IMG/VR virus record: IMGVR_UViG_3300035698_016128
Coordinates: 60,120 to 124,119 of that record
From: a virus
Strand: one strand, 5' to 3'
Length of the DNA: 64,000 nucleotides
Shown: positions 27,747 to 37,998 of the stretch, piece after piece
Numbering within the stretch: the stretch's first letter is position 1
Layout: each line of letters opens with the position of its first letter
Translations under genes and position numbers: made by a program
Notes under the pieces: model-generated
What the model was told of the DNA's origin: nothing
What the model saw: only the letters and a program-made list of their open reading frames with translations
The model's database searches: none

Positions 27747-28159
27747 CTACAGCAAAACAAAAACTCCTCAAGCAATTAGCCGACAAGGATGCTAAGCGCA
27801 AGAGGGAAGAATCTAAAAAACTAAAGAGAAAACCTATCAAGAAGATTGACCATACCAAAGATACATTCCGTAATGATGATGAAGAACCTGAAGAAGATGA
27901 AGAAATAGATGAAGAGGATGAAGAAATAGATGACGAAGATGATGAATATGAAGAACCTGATTGCCACGGAGAATATAAAGATCCAAAAGAATGTTTTGAA
28001 ATGGGTTGTGAAGACGCCATGAGGCGAGATTGTGCAGGTAGACGTTACATCAAAGAGAACAAGGAGGAGTTCAATGACTGGTTCGAAAGAAAAGAAAAGA
28101 CTGCCGAAGGGAAGCGAAAGCGAAAGCGAAAGAAAGTCGTCAGCGGTCGCGTCTGGTGA
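27743..28159 (+). CDS. acidic/basic low-complexity protein with 4-Cys module
   Basis: E/D tract, then PDCHGEYKDPKECFEMGC...C. Confidence 0.65.
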   Translation: MTTAKQKLLKQLADKDAKRKREESKKLKRKPIKKIDHTKDTFRNDDEEPEEDEEIDEEDEEIDDEDDEYEEPDCHGEYKDPKECFEMGCEDAMRRDCAGRRYIKENKEEFNDWFERKEKTAEGKRKRKRKKVVSGRVW

Positions 28160-29445
28160 GGCAGGGGTCCCGGTGCAGGTGCAAATCATGCCCGACCAGT
28201 TCAGCGTGATCACGGCAAGCCAATCCAGCACGGAAATCAAGCGTGATGCCAAGGGTGTCGTGGGATTTACCGTCAAGGCTTACGCCAACTCGGTAGAGGA
28301 AGCCGCATCGGACGCCATGAAGACCTTCAACAGTGTCGTCGCAGAATTCGAAACGGGGGAAGAGTAACAATGAAAGCAATCCTGGTCCTGGCTACTTGGG
28401 TGCTCGCGTTCGTTCCAGTCTATACTTGCCTATGGCTTTGGAATGTTCTCGACCCGACTTCCTTCCTAGAGAAGTTGGCAACGATCGCCCTGTTCTGCAT
28501 TGGCGGAGGCACAGTACAATTACTTCTCTTGTGCGTGGCTGTTATCTTAACGGATGTCATACTCGAAGAAGAATGAAAGGTAGGGCAACATGATAAAGAG
28601 ACGAGTGAAACCTATCAAGGTAGGTAAGTCTGGCGGCTCCCTCGCGGACATGATAGCGAAGAGTGTTGAAAGAGCACGTAAGGCCGCAGAGTATGTTGAA
28701 AAAACCGGCCTCTGCAGTGCTTGCAAGAAGCATCCCGCCATGATCAATAGCCTTATCTGCACGGTGTGTAACGATGAAAAGGAAGAGGCGCTCAAGCAAC
28801 TTCGCGGACCCGGCTTCATGGAGTTAAGTATCCCTATAACCCGAAAGTAAGGCGAGGGTAAATTAAATGAAAATCATAACGACTATACGTGGCTATGCCC
28901 CTGTCAACTATGGACTCAACGGCCCGGTCCAGAGCGCAATCCTACACAGGAGGAACTGTACGAAGGCAGAGCTCAAAAAGGAAATGAAGGACTTTTGGCA
29001 AAGGTATGCTCCCGGAAAAAAGCTGAGGAAGAGCGACCTCAGAGGAAAGATAGACCTGTTTCACAACATGTGGGAGGGCAGATACGAAATAGAACGCGGG
29101 CTAAGGAAGATCCGCATAACAAACACAATAACTGTTAAGGCAGTCGAAGAGCCACTGCTTGACTACGTTGTGAAGATGACTTGCACCGGGTACATCCCAG
29201 CCAAGGCACCGCTGAAGACATTAGTTGCAATGGCAATCGCCGATGAAGCATGGCATGCCATTGACTTGGACAATGACTTGCCTAACATTACCGAAATAGG
29301 GAAGTTCATCGAACTCTCCTTCAACGAGAGCATGCCGAAGCGTTTAAAGGATGCCAACGAATGCTTCGAGTCCATTCCCAACAAAGACAGATTCATGATG
29401 CTCATTGGCTTAACCTCTTGTGTTGAAATTGAAGAATCGAAATAA
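28032..29445 (+). other. hypothetical CDSs (about 28032-28367, 28370-28576 TM, 28590-28850 Zn-ribbon, 28867-29445)
   Basis: Contiguous ORFs. Confidence 0.55.
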
Positions 29446-29448
29446 CTT

Positions 29449-29686
29449 GGGGAAAGGGGGTAGGGGGATAGGGGTATAAGGTAAAGTGATTCATTATATG
29501 ATCTATATCTTAACATATCTTAGTATAGTGATTTATTTGATAGTATAATCCTTTACCTTTCCTTTCCTTAAGATAGTCATCTTGTTAATATACGAACGAA
29601 GTGAGTTTCCGAGCGTAAGCGAGGAAGTATATAGATCATAGTGTATTACGCCGGAAACTACGAGTAGAAAAAAGTATTAGCATCAC
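29449..29686. other. non-coding origin-like gap with G-quadruplex motif and AT-rich tract
   Basis: GGGG-aaa-GGGGG-ta-GGGGG-ata-GGGG, TATA-rich stretch, ACGAACGAAGTGAG / GAGCGTAAGCGAG. Confidence 0.4.
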
Positions 29687-29715
29687 TTGACCCCGATAAG
29701 GCGAAATGTTATGCT
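29687..29715 (+). promoter_or_regulatory. sigma70-type promoter
   Basis: TTGACC-N17-TATGCT with TGn extension. Confidence 0.6.
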
Positions 29716-29795
29716 GTTTCAAGGTAGGAAATACGGCGTTGTAAAACTCCATTGTAGGATATCACTTAACTCCAACGGAGATAAGGTAACCCTAC

Positions 29796-30188
29796 ATGGA
29801 GAAGAAACGAACCGACTACCTTATCAAGCGAATCTACAAGCTACTCATGAACGACACCGGAGACCTGATAATTCGCCTGAAGAAAATACACGACCCAAGC
29901 GTATACGGAATGTGCTGGTCATGGCTTGGGGTTATCCACATCGACCCAAGAAAGGAATTACTGCCAACGCTTATCCATGAAGCCCTTCACATGCTCTACC
30001 CAGAGTGGTGTGAAACAATTGTGTTAAGATCAGAGAAATCAATATGCTACAAAATGAGCGACAGGCAATACGCAAACCTCTTAGTAAGATTCGCAGACTA
30101 CCTTGTGCGTATTGGCTTAGCTGATCGTAAGGAAACAAATGGCAACCATAATCGTAAACGGAAAGAAGTACCACAGGTCCGGTCATGA
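29796..30188 (+). CDS. zincin-like metallopeptidase-fold protein
   Basis: YGMC...IHIDP...LIHEALH (HExxH). Confidence 0.65.
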   Translation: MEKKRTDYLIKRIYKLLMNDTGDLIIRLKKIHDPSVYGMCWSWLGVIHIDPRKELLPTLIHEALHMLYPEWCETIVLRSEKSICYKMSDRQYANLLVRFADYLVRIGLADRKETNGNHNRKRKEVPQVRS

Positions 30189-30747
30189 TTTGATCGAATG
30201 CAAAGCTCCTAAGGATTCTGAAGATTGCCCAGTCTGTAACGTAGAAAAAGAAAAGGAGATTAAAGCGTGGCTTGCCATGTGCAAGACGGCATGCCTATTG
30301 TGTCATGAGAAACCTCCTTGTTTTATCTGCATGAAGGCGCAATGCAAAGACTGGCACGCTGATAAGAAATATCTTGAAGAGGTTGGCTCTCATCATGGCT
30401 GTCGTAAGCTGAGCCTGAGTAGTTATTGCACAGAGTTTTTTTGCAGATACGGTTTAAGGGGATGGTGGAAGAAAAACTGGAGGGGAATTAACAAGCCCCT
30501 CGTTTTAAAGATAAAAGCAAAAATGCACAAGCGAAAGATTGCTGAGTTGTCTACAGCAAAAAGTAAGGAGAAGCGCCGTGCGAATAAAGAAACAAAAAAA
30601 CCGACTAACCGTAAGGCTCTGGTCAAGAAACACTCTGTGGCGAAGGTTGTTCGAAGACCTACCCGTAATAAATCATCCGTGGAAAGCCGACATAGAAACG
30701 TACATCCAAGAGTTCGTATTCCCCAGAGTAGAAAATCACATCCGTAG
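30139..30747 (+). CDS. Cys-rich, basic hypothetical protein
   Basis: Multiple CxxC motifs. Confidence 0.5.
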   Translation: MATIIVNGKKYHRSGHDLIECKAPKDSEDCPVCNVEKEKEIKAWLAMCKTACLLCHEKPPCFICMKAQCKDWHADKKYLEEVGSHHGCRKLSLSSYCTEFFCRYGLRGWWKKNWRGINKPLVLKIKAKMHKRKIAELSTAKSKEKRRANKETKKPTNRKALVKKHSVAKVVRRPTRNKSSVESRHRNVHPRVRIPQSRKSHP

Positions 30748-31300
30748 TGTATCCATTACGGACATTGATATCGAAGTTCGATGGCTGTGGGAACACCCTT
30801 GGGAAATATACGCATCGTCTGAAAGCACAATAACTATCTCCGAAGTCAGGCATAGTGATCCACAAAAATTCCACGGAGGCATGGGCTTCTGGTCGCTCAA
30901 CCTGAACAACCAACTCATAGACCCTGAGCAATTTGTCTTAGCTACTGCGTGGAGTGATAAACACAGATTCTTTAAAAGTAACCTCACATCTGAGAAGTTC
31001 ACCGAATTGCTGACAGCCACCATTATCAAAACCCCCCTAGATAGCCTGAGGATGGCCCCTGTTGCGTCTGAAGCTGGTTTTGATGTCAACACCCATAGGA
31101 AGGAACGGGAAGGCAAGGAAGACGTGTTTACAGTACTTCATAAAGACCTTGTGAGCGCCTGTAAATCGCTTGGGTACAACCAGAACGAGATAGACCCATC
31201 ATTACTTGATAACATCGTCCATGAATCCATGAAGGATGGTGCGGGTACAATTGAAGACTGTGTTAGTATCTTCCTGAAGAGAAGAAGAGAATATTTGTAG
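30539..31300 (+). CDS. hypothetical protein with RuvA-C-terminal-like domain (start uncertain)
   Basis: DLVSACKSLGYNQNE...TIEDCVSIFLK. Confidence 0.5.
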   Translation: MLSCLQQKVRRSAVRIKKQKNRLTVRLWSRNTLWRRLFEDLPVINHPWKADIETYIQEFVFPRVENHIRSVSITDIDIEVRWLWEHPWEIYASSESTITISEVRHSDPQKFHGGMGFWSLNLNNQLIDPEQFVLATAWSDKHRFFKSNLTSEKFTELLTATIIKTPLDSLRMAPVASEAGFDVNTHRKEREGKEDVFTVLHKDLVSACKSLGYNQNEIDPSLLDNIVHESMKDGAGTIEDCVSIFLKRRREYL

Positions 31301-31366
31301 GGGTTTAAGAATCTTCTTCAGATAAAAATAAAAATAAAAAAGATTATTAGTAGATAACAAAAGTGC

Positions 31367-31395
31367 TTGACCGGGATTTTTGGGCCTTGTAATAT
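31367..31395 (+). promoter_or_regulatory. sigma70-type promoter
   Basis: TTGACC-N17-TAATAT after an A-rich UP-like tract. Confidence 0.7.
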
Positions 31396-31447
31396 GTAGG
31401 TATGGCAAAAAACGGCAACAGTAAACCACAGAGAAGGAGACAGTAAG

Positions 31448-32527
31448 ATGACAGAGAAGAAACACAAAAAGAAGAAGAAGGCTCCTGAAGAAGGGGAAGA
31501 GTATTTCTTCGGTAATGCGCGTCTGGTAAAGCGTGACCGGAAGAATTACGGCTCGTGTGCCTGGAAGGGTGCCTGCAAGGTTGATCCGAAGTGTGACGGC
31601 AAAGATGAGGAATGCGAAGACTTCGAAAGCATTCAGCCGTTCATTCCCCCGATCGATGAACACTATAACCTTAACCTTGAGATCGGCGAAACCATTGCCT
31701 TTGCTCTTGCTGACGAAAACAGGCACAACATCCTGCTGGTTGGCCCTCCTGGGTGCGGTAAGTCTTCGCTGGTCATGATGATCGGGGCAATCACTGATTG
31801 GGAAGTCATGCGCTTCTCTTGCTCTGAGGAAACACGGCAGTCACAGGTTATCGGCCAATGGATTGTGGTGGGTGACAAGATGCGGTGGGTTGACGGCTAC
31901 GTCACCGATGCGCTTCGGCAGGGCAAAATCCTTCTTGAGGATGAAGCTGACTTCATGCGTCCTGAACTGCGTGGCGCTCTCCACCCACTGCTTGAGAAGG
32001 ATGGTACCATCACCCTTCAGGGGTACCATCCGAAAACAGGGGAACCTTTCCTCGAAGTGGTTGACCGTCATCCGAATTTCCGGTGGGTCTCCACAGCCAA
32101 CACCACAGGGCTTGGCGATGATTCCTTCATGTATCACGGGACTCAGTTCATGAATGCCGCCGCTCGCGACCGTTATGCGGTGATCATCCCCATGAATTAC
32201 CTGAGCGTCGAGGAAGAAACTGAGATTCTGGTCAACAAGACCAAAACGGAAACTTCAATAGCTGAGTCGATGAGCAAAACGGCACACGCAATCCGCGAAG
32301 TGTTCGAACAGCAGAAGGTCCAGTACCAGTTCAGTATGCGCCGTCTGCTTGCGTGGGCTGACTACCACAACTTCTACAAAGACCGCAAGCCCTCGGAGGC
32401 CGTGAGGCTTGCCATTCTGTCGTTCGCCCGGGATGATGACATTCAGCAACTCGTTGATCTGATTCGGCTCAACATGGGCGCTGACTTCATCGAAGGTATC
32501 AACCGGTCGGCCAAGGGGGTGAGATAA
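31448..32527 (+). CDS. MoxR-family (CobS/CbbQ-like) AAA+ ATPase
   Basis: GPPGCGKS, LLEDE, TANT, NAAARDRY; Cys-rich N-terminus. Confidence 0.9.
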   Translation: MTEKKHKKKKKAPEEGEEYFFGNARLVKRDRKNYGSCAWKGACKVDPKCDGKDEECEDFESIQPFIPPIDEHYNLNLEIGETIAFALADENRHNILLVGPPGCGKSSLVMMIGAITDWEVMRFSCSEETRQSQVIGQWIVVGDKMRWVDGYVTDALRQGKILLEDEADFMRPELRGALHPLLEKDGTITLQGYHPKTGEPFLEVVDRHPNFRWVSTANTTGLGDDSFMYHGTQFMNAAARDRYAVIIPMNYLSVEEETEILVNKTKTETSIAESMSKTAHAIREVFEQQKVQYQFSMRRLLAWADYHNFYKDRKPSEAVRLAILSFARDDDIQQLVDLIRLNMGADFIEGINRSAKGVR

Positions 32528-34953
32528 TGGCAGGTAAACGTAGTCCTCTAACAGCAAGGAAGGTCGACGCACTGACCACCCTTGTCCAGTTTCAAACTGG
32601 TCACTATGGCGATGTGCGAATTATCCACAGCGCAGAAGCACACCTGAAAACCGATGGCAAGAATGTCTTCGTGCCGTGGATACCTGATGATGTGTTTGAT
32701 GAATACTCCGACCTGATGTTCAGCGGGGTGGTCCACGAGGGTGCGCACATCAAGCGTTCCTCCTTCACTGCACTCAGGCTCTTCAGGGGGCAACGCCTTG
32801 CGCAGATGTTTGGCAATGCCATTGAAGACTCACGCATTGAACACTTCGAACAGATTGAATACCGGTCGCTTGAAAGGGAATTCAGGGCATTCTCTGATTA
32901 TTTCCAAAGAGACTACCTGAAGGAAAAGAAGGAAAACGAAGATAAGGCAATCAAAGACCCCGGCTACATGCTGTTCCTTGTGGGATGTGTCATGAACCTG
33001 TATCTGAGTGGGTATGAGTACGATTACTTTCCTTACCATGTAATCGAACTCGCCATGTCATGCAAGGATATTCTTGATGATTTTAAAGAGAATTGGCCCA
33101 GTGATAAGACTGGCTCAAGTAAGGCTCTTGAGGCCGGGGCCAAGATTGTTGAGCGTTTCGAAAAGCTCTTCAAGACAATGCCGAAGATCAAACCCCCCAA
33201 AGGTGCCGGTGCATGGGGCGATGATGGTGATGATGAAGGAGAGGGCGAAGAAAAGGAGAGCGACAGCAAAAAAGGCAAACCAAAACCGGGTTCATCGGAA
33301 GAAGGTGATGAAGATGAAGACGACGATGGAAGAAGAGATGAGGATGATGAGGGAAGCGGTGAAGGAGATGGGATGGGCGGCGGCGGAGATGAGGAGGATG
33401 AAGAGGACGGGGAAAGTGGAAGCGGAGACAGTGACAGTGAAGAGGACGATGACGGCAGTGACGAAGGAGACAGTGAAGGTAGTTCCGCTGGCGGGGAAGC
33501 AGGGGACGGTGACGATGAGGAACGTGATGACGAGGAAGATGACAACCCCCTGGACAGTGGCATTGGAACGAACGAAGACGGCCCTGACGCTGATAAGAAG
33601 AAGAATAGCAAAAACGATGGCGATGACGGTGGCGAAAGCGCTGAAGGACTTGGTGACGAAAGTGACGCGGACGGCGGTGAAGAAGAAGGCGAGGCAGAAG
33701 GCGAAAGAGACACAATCACCGACGAAGAATACGGAAAAAAGAAAGACGGCTCAGAAGTAGAAGTAGAATCGGAATTTGAAGGCATGATTCATGAAGATGA
33801 TATGCCAAAGGAAGACCCTGCAATGAAAAGGGCAGGTAAGAAAATCGCCAATGCCTTGGAGAACGCCATGGCGGAGGCCGCTGATGCCGATGGCAACCTT
33901 GACATTACAAAGATTGATGATCACATTGACAGTGGTGGTCCTGGTGGTATTCCTGCATGGAAGATGCTTGAAAAGGCAAAGGACGCCGGAGTTAAAACCA
34001 TCAGGGAACATATCTATGATAAGGCACGTGGCGAGATCATTGCCAAGTCTTCCACAGGTAAGCAACACATGGCACATCCTGATGCGATGAAGCATGACAA
34101 GGAAGTCACCCCCAGTCTCGATGCAACGCCTATGGAGAAAGCACATTACACCAACATAGTCAATGCTCTCGGGCCTGAAATAGGCCGACTTTCAACTCAA
34201 ATGCTCAGCCTCATTATGTCTCAGAAGCGAGTGCACTTCGCACCTGACTCTGAGGAAGGCGAAATTGACACCGCCGCTCTTTGGTCCTTGAAGCACGGCA
34301 ACAAGCGCATCTTTAACCGACATACTTGGGGGCGTAAGCTGAACACAGCAATTGAGATTCTTGTTGATTGCTCAGGCTCCATGGGTAGCAGTGGAAAGGT
34401 CGAAGGGGCGATGAAAGCAGCAATCGCCTTCGGGGAAGTGTTGACAAGAATCGGCGGTGTGCCTTTCGAGGTTACCGGCTTCACCACACACGGATATGGT
34501 GCCCTTTACGGTAAGGAATCGGCAATGTACAACCGCTTTGAATCTTTACTGCACTATGTCTACAAAACGTTTGAAGAGAACTACCACACAGTGAAGTATC
34601 GGCTTCTTGCGATTAAGGCCGGTGGCAATAACTGTGACGGTGAGTCTGTCATGTGGGCAGGGAAACGTCTCATGGCAAGGCCCGAAAAGAGAAAAATGAT
34701 GTTCGTTTTCTCTGACGGTATGCCAGCATGTTACGATGGCGGTCACCCCGGACTGCTTGACCAAGATCTTAAAGAAACAGTCATAAGGCTTGAGAAGCTT
34801 AAGGTCGAAGTCTATGGCATAGGCATTTACACAGATGCCCCTGCTGAATTTTACAAGGACCATGCAATCATCAACCGCAGAGAAGATGATATTGCCCGAG
34901 CACTGTTTGGGTGCCTCAAGAAGAGATTCATGGGTGGTATGAACGGAATGTGA
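32527..34953 (+). CDS. CobT-like VWA protein with long acidic linker
   Basis: HEGAH, about 200-aa D/E/G tract, MIDAS DCSGS, FSDG. Confidence 0.9.
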   Translation: MAGKRSPLTARKVDALTTLVQFQTGHYGDVRIIHSAEAHLKTDGKNVFVPWIPDDVFDEYSDLMFSGVVHEGAHIKRSSFTALRLFRGQRLAQMFGNAIEDSRIEHFEQIEYRSLEREFRAFSDYFQRDYLKEKKENEDKAIKDPGYMLFLVGCVMNLYLSGYEYDYFPYHVIELAMSCKDILDDFKENWPSDKTGSSKALEAGAKIVERFEKLFKTMPKIKPPKGAGAWGDDGDDEGEGEEKESDSKKGKPKPGSSEEGDEDEDDDGRRDEDDEGSGEGDGMGGGGDEEDEEDGESGSGDSDSEEDDDGSDEGDSEGSSAGGEAGDGDDEERDDEEDDNPLDSGIGTNEDGPDADKKKNSKNDGDDGGESAEGLGDESDADGGEEEGEAEGERDTITDEEYGKKKDGSEVEVESEFEGMIHEDDMPKEDPAMKRAGKKIANALENAMAEAADADGNLDITKIDDHIDSGGPGGIPAWKMLEKAKDAGVKTIREHIYDKARGEIIAKSSTGKQHMAHPDAMKHDKEVTPSLDATPMEKAHYTNIVNALGPEIGRLSTQMLSLIMSQKRVHFAPDSEEGEIDTAALWSLKHGNKRIFNRHTWGRKLNTAIEILVDCSGSMGSSGKVEGAMKAAIAFGEVLTRIGGVPFEVTGFTTHGYGALYGKESAMYNRFESLLHYVYKTFEENYHTVKYRLLAIKAGGNNCDGESVMWAGKRLMARPEKRKMMFVFSDGMPACYDGGHPGLLDQDLKETVIRLEKLKVEVYGIGIYTDAPAEFYKDHAIINRREDDIARALFGCLKKRFMGGMNGM

Positions 34954-35063
34954 TTAAAAATCCGCCGGGGGGTAACCTTGTGGAGTTGCCGCCACATCGG
35001 GGGCAAAAGTCTCCTACCCCCCACCGCCCTCCGGCGGATTCCTTTTCCCAAAAGGGGAATTAG

Positions 35064-35705
35064 ATGAAAAAGTATGAAGACTTCATTGCCTTAGCAACAC
35101 CGATAATAAGACAAGAGGCAAGGCGGTTCAGCAAACGAATTCAAAGTCATGATGTTGAAGATCTTGAGCAAGAAATAAAGTTTAAGATTTGGCGAAGTTT
35201 TGACACCATTGATTTGGATAAATATCCCCCAAAGGCTGTTGCGAGAAATATCGCTGTGCAGACGTGCTTGCGAATATACGGACGTAAGCCGAAGGAAATT
35301 GGCAGTATCAAATTGGAAGAGAACTTTTGGGGGACAAGTGGTTTTGCCAGCATCGAAGTAAGACACTTATCAGATAAACCACATGCGGATGCCGTCATAC
35401 GGGAAGAGGACTTTACCTGCACGGCAGGTACAGCGGAAGTCGAAGTCTGTGACCTACTGGCTACGCTGTCACCACAACTAAGCGATGTAGCGCATACCGT
35501 TCTACGCATCCGGCTTGATCCCCCGCAGGGTTTGATTTCAAAGGCATGCCGTGGTATGCTTGAAACTAAGAAGACCAGCAGGGACAGGTCTACCTTTCGC
35601 ATAACAAATAAAATGTTCAGCGACTACCTTGGCCTAACAAGGTACCGCTATGCTGTTGCTCTTGAAGAGATAAGAGAAAAGCTTGGGGCGCTAGGAGAAT
35701 TGTGA
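35064..35705 (+). CDS. phage sigma70-family-like factor
   Basis: Region-2-like HDVEDLEQEIKFKIWR; C-terminal HTH FSDYLGLTRY. Confidence 0.65.
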   Translation: MKKYEDFIALATPIIRQEARRFSKRIQSHDVEDLEQEIKFKIWRSFDTIDLDKYPPKAVARNIAVQTCLRIYGRKPKEIGSIKLEENFWGTSGFASIEVRHLSDKPHADAVIREEDFTCTAGTAEVEVCDLLATLSPQLSDVAHTVLRIRLDPPQGLISKACRGMLETKKTSRDRSTFRITNKMFSDYLGLTRYRYAVALEEIREKLGALGEL

Positions 35706-37246
35706 AGACCATACCTATTAAAATATCTGGCAACAAGGCCAGAATTCTTTGCAAATTACCATCTGCTTTGGATGACGTTCTAACCCGAAAGCTTGGATAT
35801 TACACCACAGTCATGGCTATACAGAAAAACTCCACCGGGGGTGTTATCTTCCAAGGTGGTAGGCCTCTGTTCAGACCATCACGCGAGTTAAAGACAAAAT
35901 ACGCTTACCTTGATCGTGAATTCCCTGCCGGTATGGTTAATCGTGCAGTGAAGGTCTTTAAGAAACGCGGGTACAGGGTAAAAATCCTTGATGAACGCCC
36001 AAGGCCGACAATAGACAATGATGCCGTGGCTGAGCGAATTGGTGAACTGCCGATAACCTTACGCCCCTACCAGATTGATGCTGTGACCCGCGGACTACGC
36101 AAGCCACACATGACTTTCCACATGGCTACCGGGACAGGCAAAACAATTACCTTTGGTGCAATAATTGCGGCTCTCAATCTGAAAACACTTCTGGTTGTAG
36201 ACCGCACCGACCTCGTCAAACAACACTATGACACATTAGTCTTTCTTTTTGGAGAAGAACGGGTAGGTATCATTCAGGGCAATAAGCTAGACACAGAGAA
36301 GCAAATAAACATTGCTATGGTACCGACTGTTTGCTCGAAGCTGAAGCAAGGCAATAAACTCCGAAACAAGATGATAAAATATTTGTTAAGTATTGAATAT
36401 CTTATCGGCGATGAGTGCCACCACTCACGCAGTACTACATGGAAGAGAGTCTATGTTAATTGTAAAAATGTCTTAGCCACCCACAGCTTCAGTGGCTCGC
36501 CTTGGGATCAATCATCACAAAACATTGAACTTGAATCTGTCAGTGGCCCTATTCTCTTCAAGTACACTACAAGCGATGCCATTGAAGAAGGATATTTAGC
36601 AACACCTCATATACGATTCCACAAGTACCCCGGTAACACAGATCCATGTGAGAATGGGAACATGCAAGCTGTGTACGAAAGTGCGATTGTTAACAACGAA
36701 GATCGCAACCTTGAGATCGCAATAGTTGCACAAAAAGTTTGGCAAACAACAGAGTTTCTTACTCTCATAGTAGTACAAAGGATTAAGCACGGGTATATCA
36801 TAGCTGACTATCTTCGTAGGGTCGGAATACCTGACGACGAAATTGGTTACCTTCATGGTCGCAAGGGAAAAATAATACGGGAAGAAGGCAAGAAGGAATT
36901 TGAGTCTGGGCGAACAAGGATTATGATCGTGAGCCATATCTGGAATGAGGGCATTGACATACCCGCCTGTGATGTTCTCATCAAAGCAGACGCCCTAGGA
37001 GGCGGTGCCGAAGTTAAAGAAGGAGAAGGTGTACGGGCTTACGTACAGCAGATAGGTCGCGTACTACGTAAACCAGTAGACCCAAAAACAGGCAGTATTT
37101 GTGTCACAAAGGAACATATTGTTTATGTCCATGACTTCGTTGATGCTCAGCATAGGTTTGTCGATAACTGGACTACCAATAGGTACGACACGTGCGAGAA
37201 TGAACGTGCATTTATCGTGAAAATGGACGGTGGTCCCCCTACCTAG
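35702..37246 (+). CDS. superfamily II DNA helicase (UvsW-like)
   Basis: LRPYQ, ATGTGKT, DECHH, EGIDIP, QQIGRVLR. Confidence 0.92.
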   Translation: MKTIPIKISGNKARILCKLPSALDDVLTRKLGYYTTVMAIQKNSTGGVIFQGGRPLFRPSRELKTKYAYLDREFPAGMVNRAVKVFKKRGYRVKILDERPRPTIDNDAVAERIGELPITLRPYQIDAVTRGLRKPHMTFHMATGTGKTITFGAIIAALNLKTLLVVDRTDLVKQHYDTLVFLFGEERVGIIQGNKLDTEKQINIAMVPTVCSKLKQGNKLRNKMIKYLLSIEYLIGDECHHSRSTTWKRVYVNCKNVLATHSFSGSPWDQSSQNIELESVSGPILFKYTTSDAIEEGYLATPHIRFHKYPGNTDPCENGNMQAVYESAIVNNEDRNLEIAIVAQKVWQTTEFLTLIVVQRIKHGYIIADYLRRVGIPDDEIGYLHGRKGKIIREEGKKEFESGRTRIMIVSHIWNEGIDIPACDVLIKADALGGGAEVKEGEGVRAYVQQIGRVLRKPVDPKTGSICVTKEHIVYVHDFVDAQHRFVDNWTTNRYDTCENERAFIVKMDGGPPT

Positions 37247-37305
37247 TAAAACATCTTTATAGGACCTTTCAAAACAGGGATTTTCGCTAAGACGGGAGGG
37301 CAGTC

Positions 37306-37620
37306 ATGTATCTAATCTTTATCGTTGCATTATTCGTCTTCGTTTCCCCGGCTGATGCTGGTACAATGTTCTGTGGAGACCATATCATCTCAGAAGGTGA
37401 CAGCCAAGCCGATGTTGAACGTGCATGCGGTGATCCATACATGAAAAGTCCTGCACGGTATGTATTCCGTAAGAAAAAGAGACGGATGGTACCAATAGAG
37501 GGCGGTACATGGTACTACAATCAAGGGAGTAACGCATCAAGGAAGACTCTTAAGTTTCAAGACGGAAAGCTATTGTTGATTGAAGAAGAAGATAGGCGTG
37601 GTTGGGGATCAAGTCGCTGA
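37306..37620 (+). CDS. DUF2845-like secreted protein
   Basis: Signal peptide; CGDHIISEGDS...CGDP...WYYN...F.DGKL. Confidence 0.7.
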   Translation: MYLIFIVALFVFVSPADAGTMFCGDHIISEGDSQADVERACGDPYMKSPARYVFRKKKRRMVPIEGGTWYYNQGSNASRKTLKFQDGKLLLIEEEDRRGWGSSR

Positions 37621-37655
37621 CTGAAACCTAGACTACAACAAGAGAGGGTAAGGAG

Positions 37656-37952
37656 ATGAAATCACGTAACACGGTGGTAATGATCCACCAAAAGGGACAG
37701 ACATCGTACCGCTACACCCACGAAATCCCCGAGTTGGGCGAGGAAAACAGGGAGGTCATCCGAATCATGGGTAGTGGCAAGAAATTCCATCTCAAACCGG
37801 GAAGCAACAAAGATCTCTGGGAGGCAGTGCTCGGCAACATCCAGAAGCTTGCAATCAAGGACAAAGGTGACATATTGAAGACTCGTGTCTACCGAGGCCA
37901 CAAAACGCCAAAGGAGGTCAAGGCGATATCGGCTAAACTTCGAAGGACGTAA
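37656..37952 (+). CDS. hypothetical protein
   Basis: AAGGAG RBS. Confidence 0.65.
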   Translation: MKSRNTVVMIHQKGQTSYRYTHEIPELGEENREVIRIMGSGKKFHLKPGSNKDLWEAVLGNIQKLAIKDKGDILKTRVYRGHKTPKEVKAISAKLRRT

Positions 37953-37998
37953 AGGCAGGTTGGAAATTCGACTTGGATGTAGACTTATGAGGCATTGA

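Noticed and set aside
31448-32527. AAA+ ATPase as the sigma54 activator
   Set aside because: It has no GAFTGA loop or HTH; its motifs and VWA partner indicate the MoxR family.
33033-33785. Long antisense or alternative-frame ORFs over acidic tracts (also 27724-28276, 44568-45457, 62831-63750)
   Set aside because: These are shadows of GAY/GAR codon runs in the real genes: Ser-rich, with no RBS.
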